Positions 63,830-64,000 of a stretch of 64,000 bases of DNA are shown here, piece after piece. Under the pieces are notes generated by a model. The model saw nothing but the letters and a program-made list of their open reading frames with translations. It was not told the origin of the DNA and did no database searches. Position 1 is the first letter of the stretch, and the number at the start of each line of letters is the position of its first letter. Source of the DNA: Octopus sinensis (Eukaryota); assembly GCF_006345805.1 (NCBI RefSeq), contig NC_042997.1, forward strand, positions 57,846,001-57,910,000, written 5' to 3'. Made by a program: the position numbers and the translations under genes.

Positions 63830-64000
63830 AATAATCTGTATTTTTGTTATTTTTTTATTTGCCCTGTCCGTGTGAGCTAACAGTCGTACTAACTTTCATG
63901 GAAACATGTATTTTCGTGGTTGAAACCTTTTGGATTAACTGGTGCTAGAGTGAGCAATATAGTGACCACTCTCTTATATTTATTTTGTAAAAATATTATA

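Larger units (their letters stand above)
60707..64000. repeat. Tandem array of ~535-bp units with an internal inversion at 63012 (retrozyme-like satellite)
   Basis: The AAGGGTGAGAG unit marker recurs at 60721, 61256, 61789, 62321 and 62853. From 63012 the sequence is the reverse complement of the unit and runs to the window end. Confidence 0.97.

Noticed and set aside
60707-64000. Regular repeats suggesting a CRISPR array
   Set aside because: Eukaryotic context, 535-bp identical units, no unique spacers and no cas genes.

Overview
AT-rich, microsatellite-dense animal genomic DNA. The SINE/LINE repertoire looks like Octopus (cephalopod); this is inferred from pattern recognition, not a database search. 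One protein-coding gene can be rebuilt on the + strand from three in-frame exons (16190-16502, 26282-26498, 35752-37600). They encode a PH domain, an IRS-type PTB domain and a long low-complexity tail with Tyr and Pro motifs, i.e. a DOK/IRS/FRS2-like docking adaptor; its first exon was not identified. A few further exon-like segments lie near 39.7, 43.6, 58.2 and 59.1 kb. Most other sequence is transposon-derived: tRNA-SINEs, RTE, CR1-like, L1/Tx1-like and R4/Dong LINEs, a Penelope-like element, non-autonomous Helitrons, mariner and hAT MITEs, and foldback palindromes. Most short ORFs in the supplied track are microsatellite read-through. The most striking feature is a ~535-bp tandem array at 60.7-64.0 kb. 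Every complete unit carries an intact type I hammerhead ribozyme (CUGACGA/GAA core, GUC cleavage site), and the array flips orientation at 63012, giving a retrozyme-like palindromic array. Two smaller minimal hammerheads occur at 41.2 kb and 11.6 kb.
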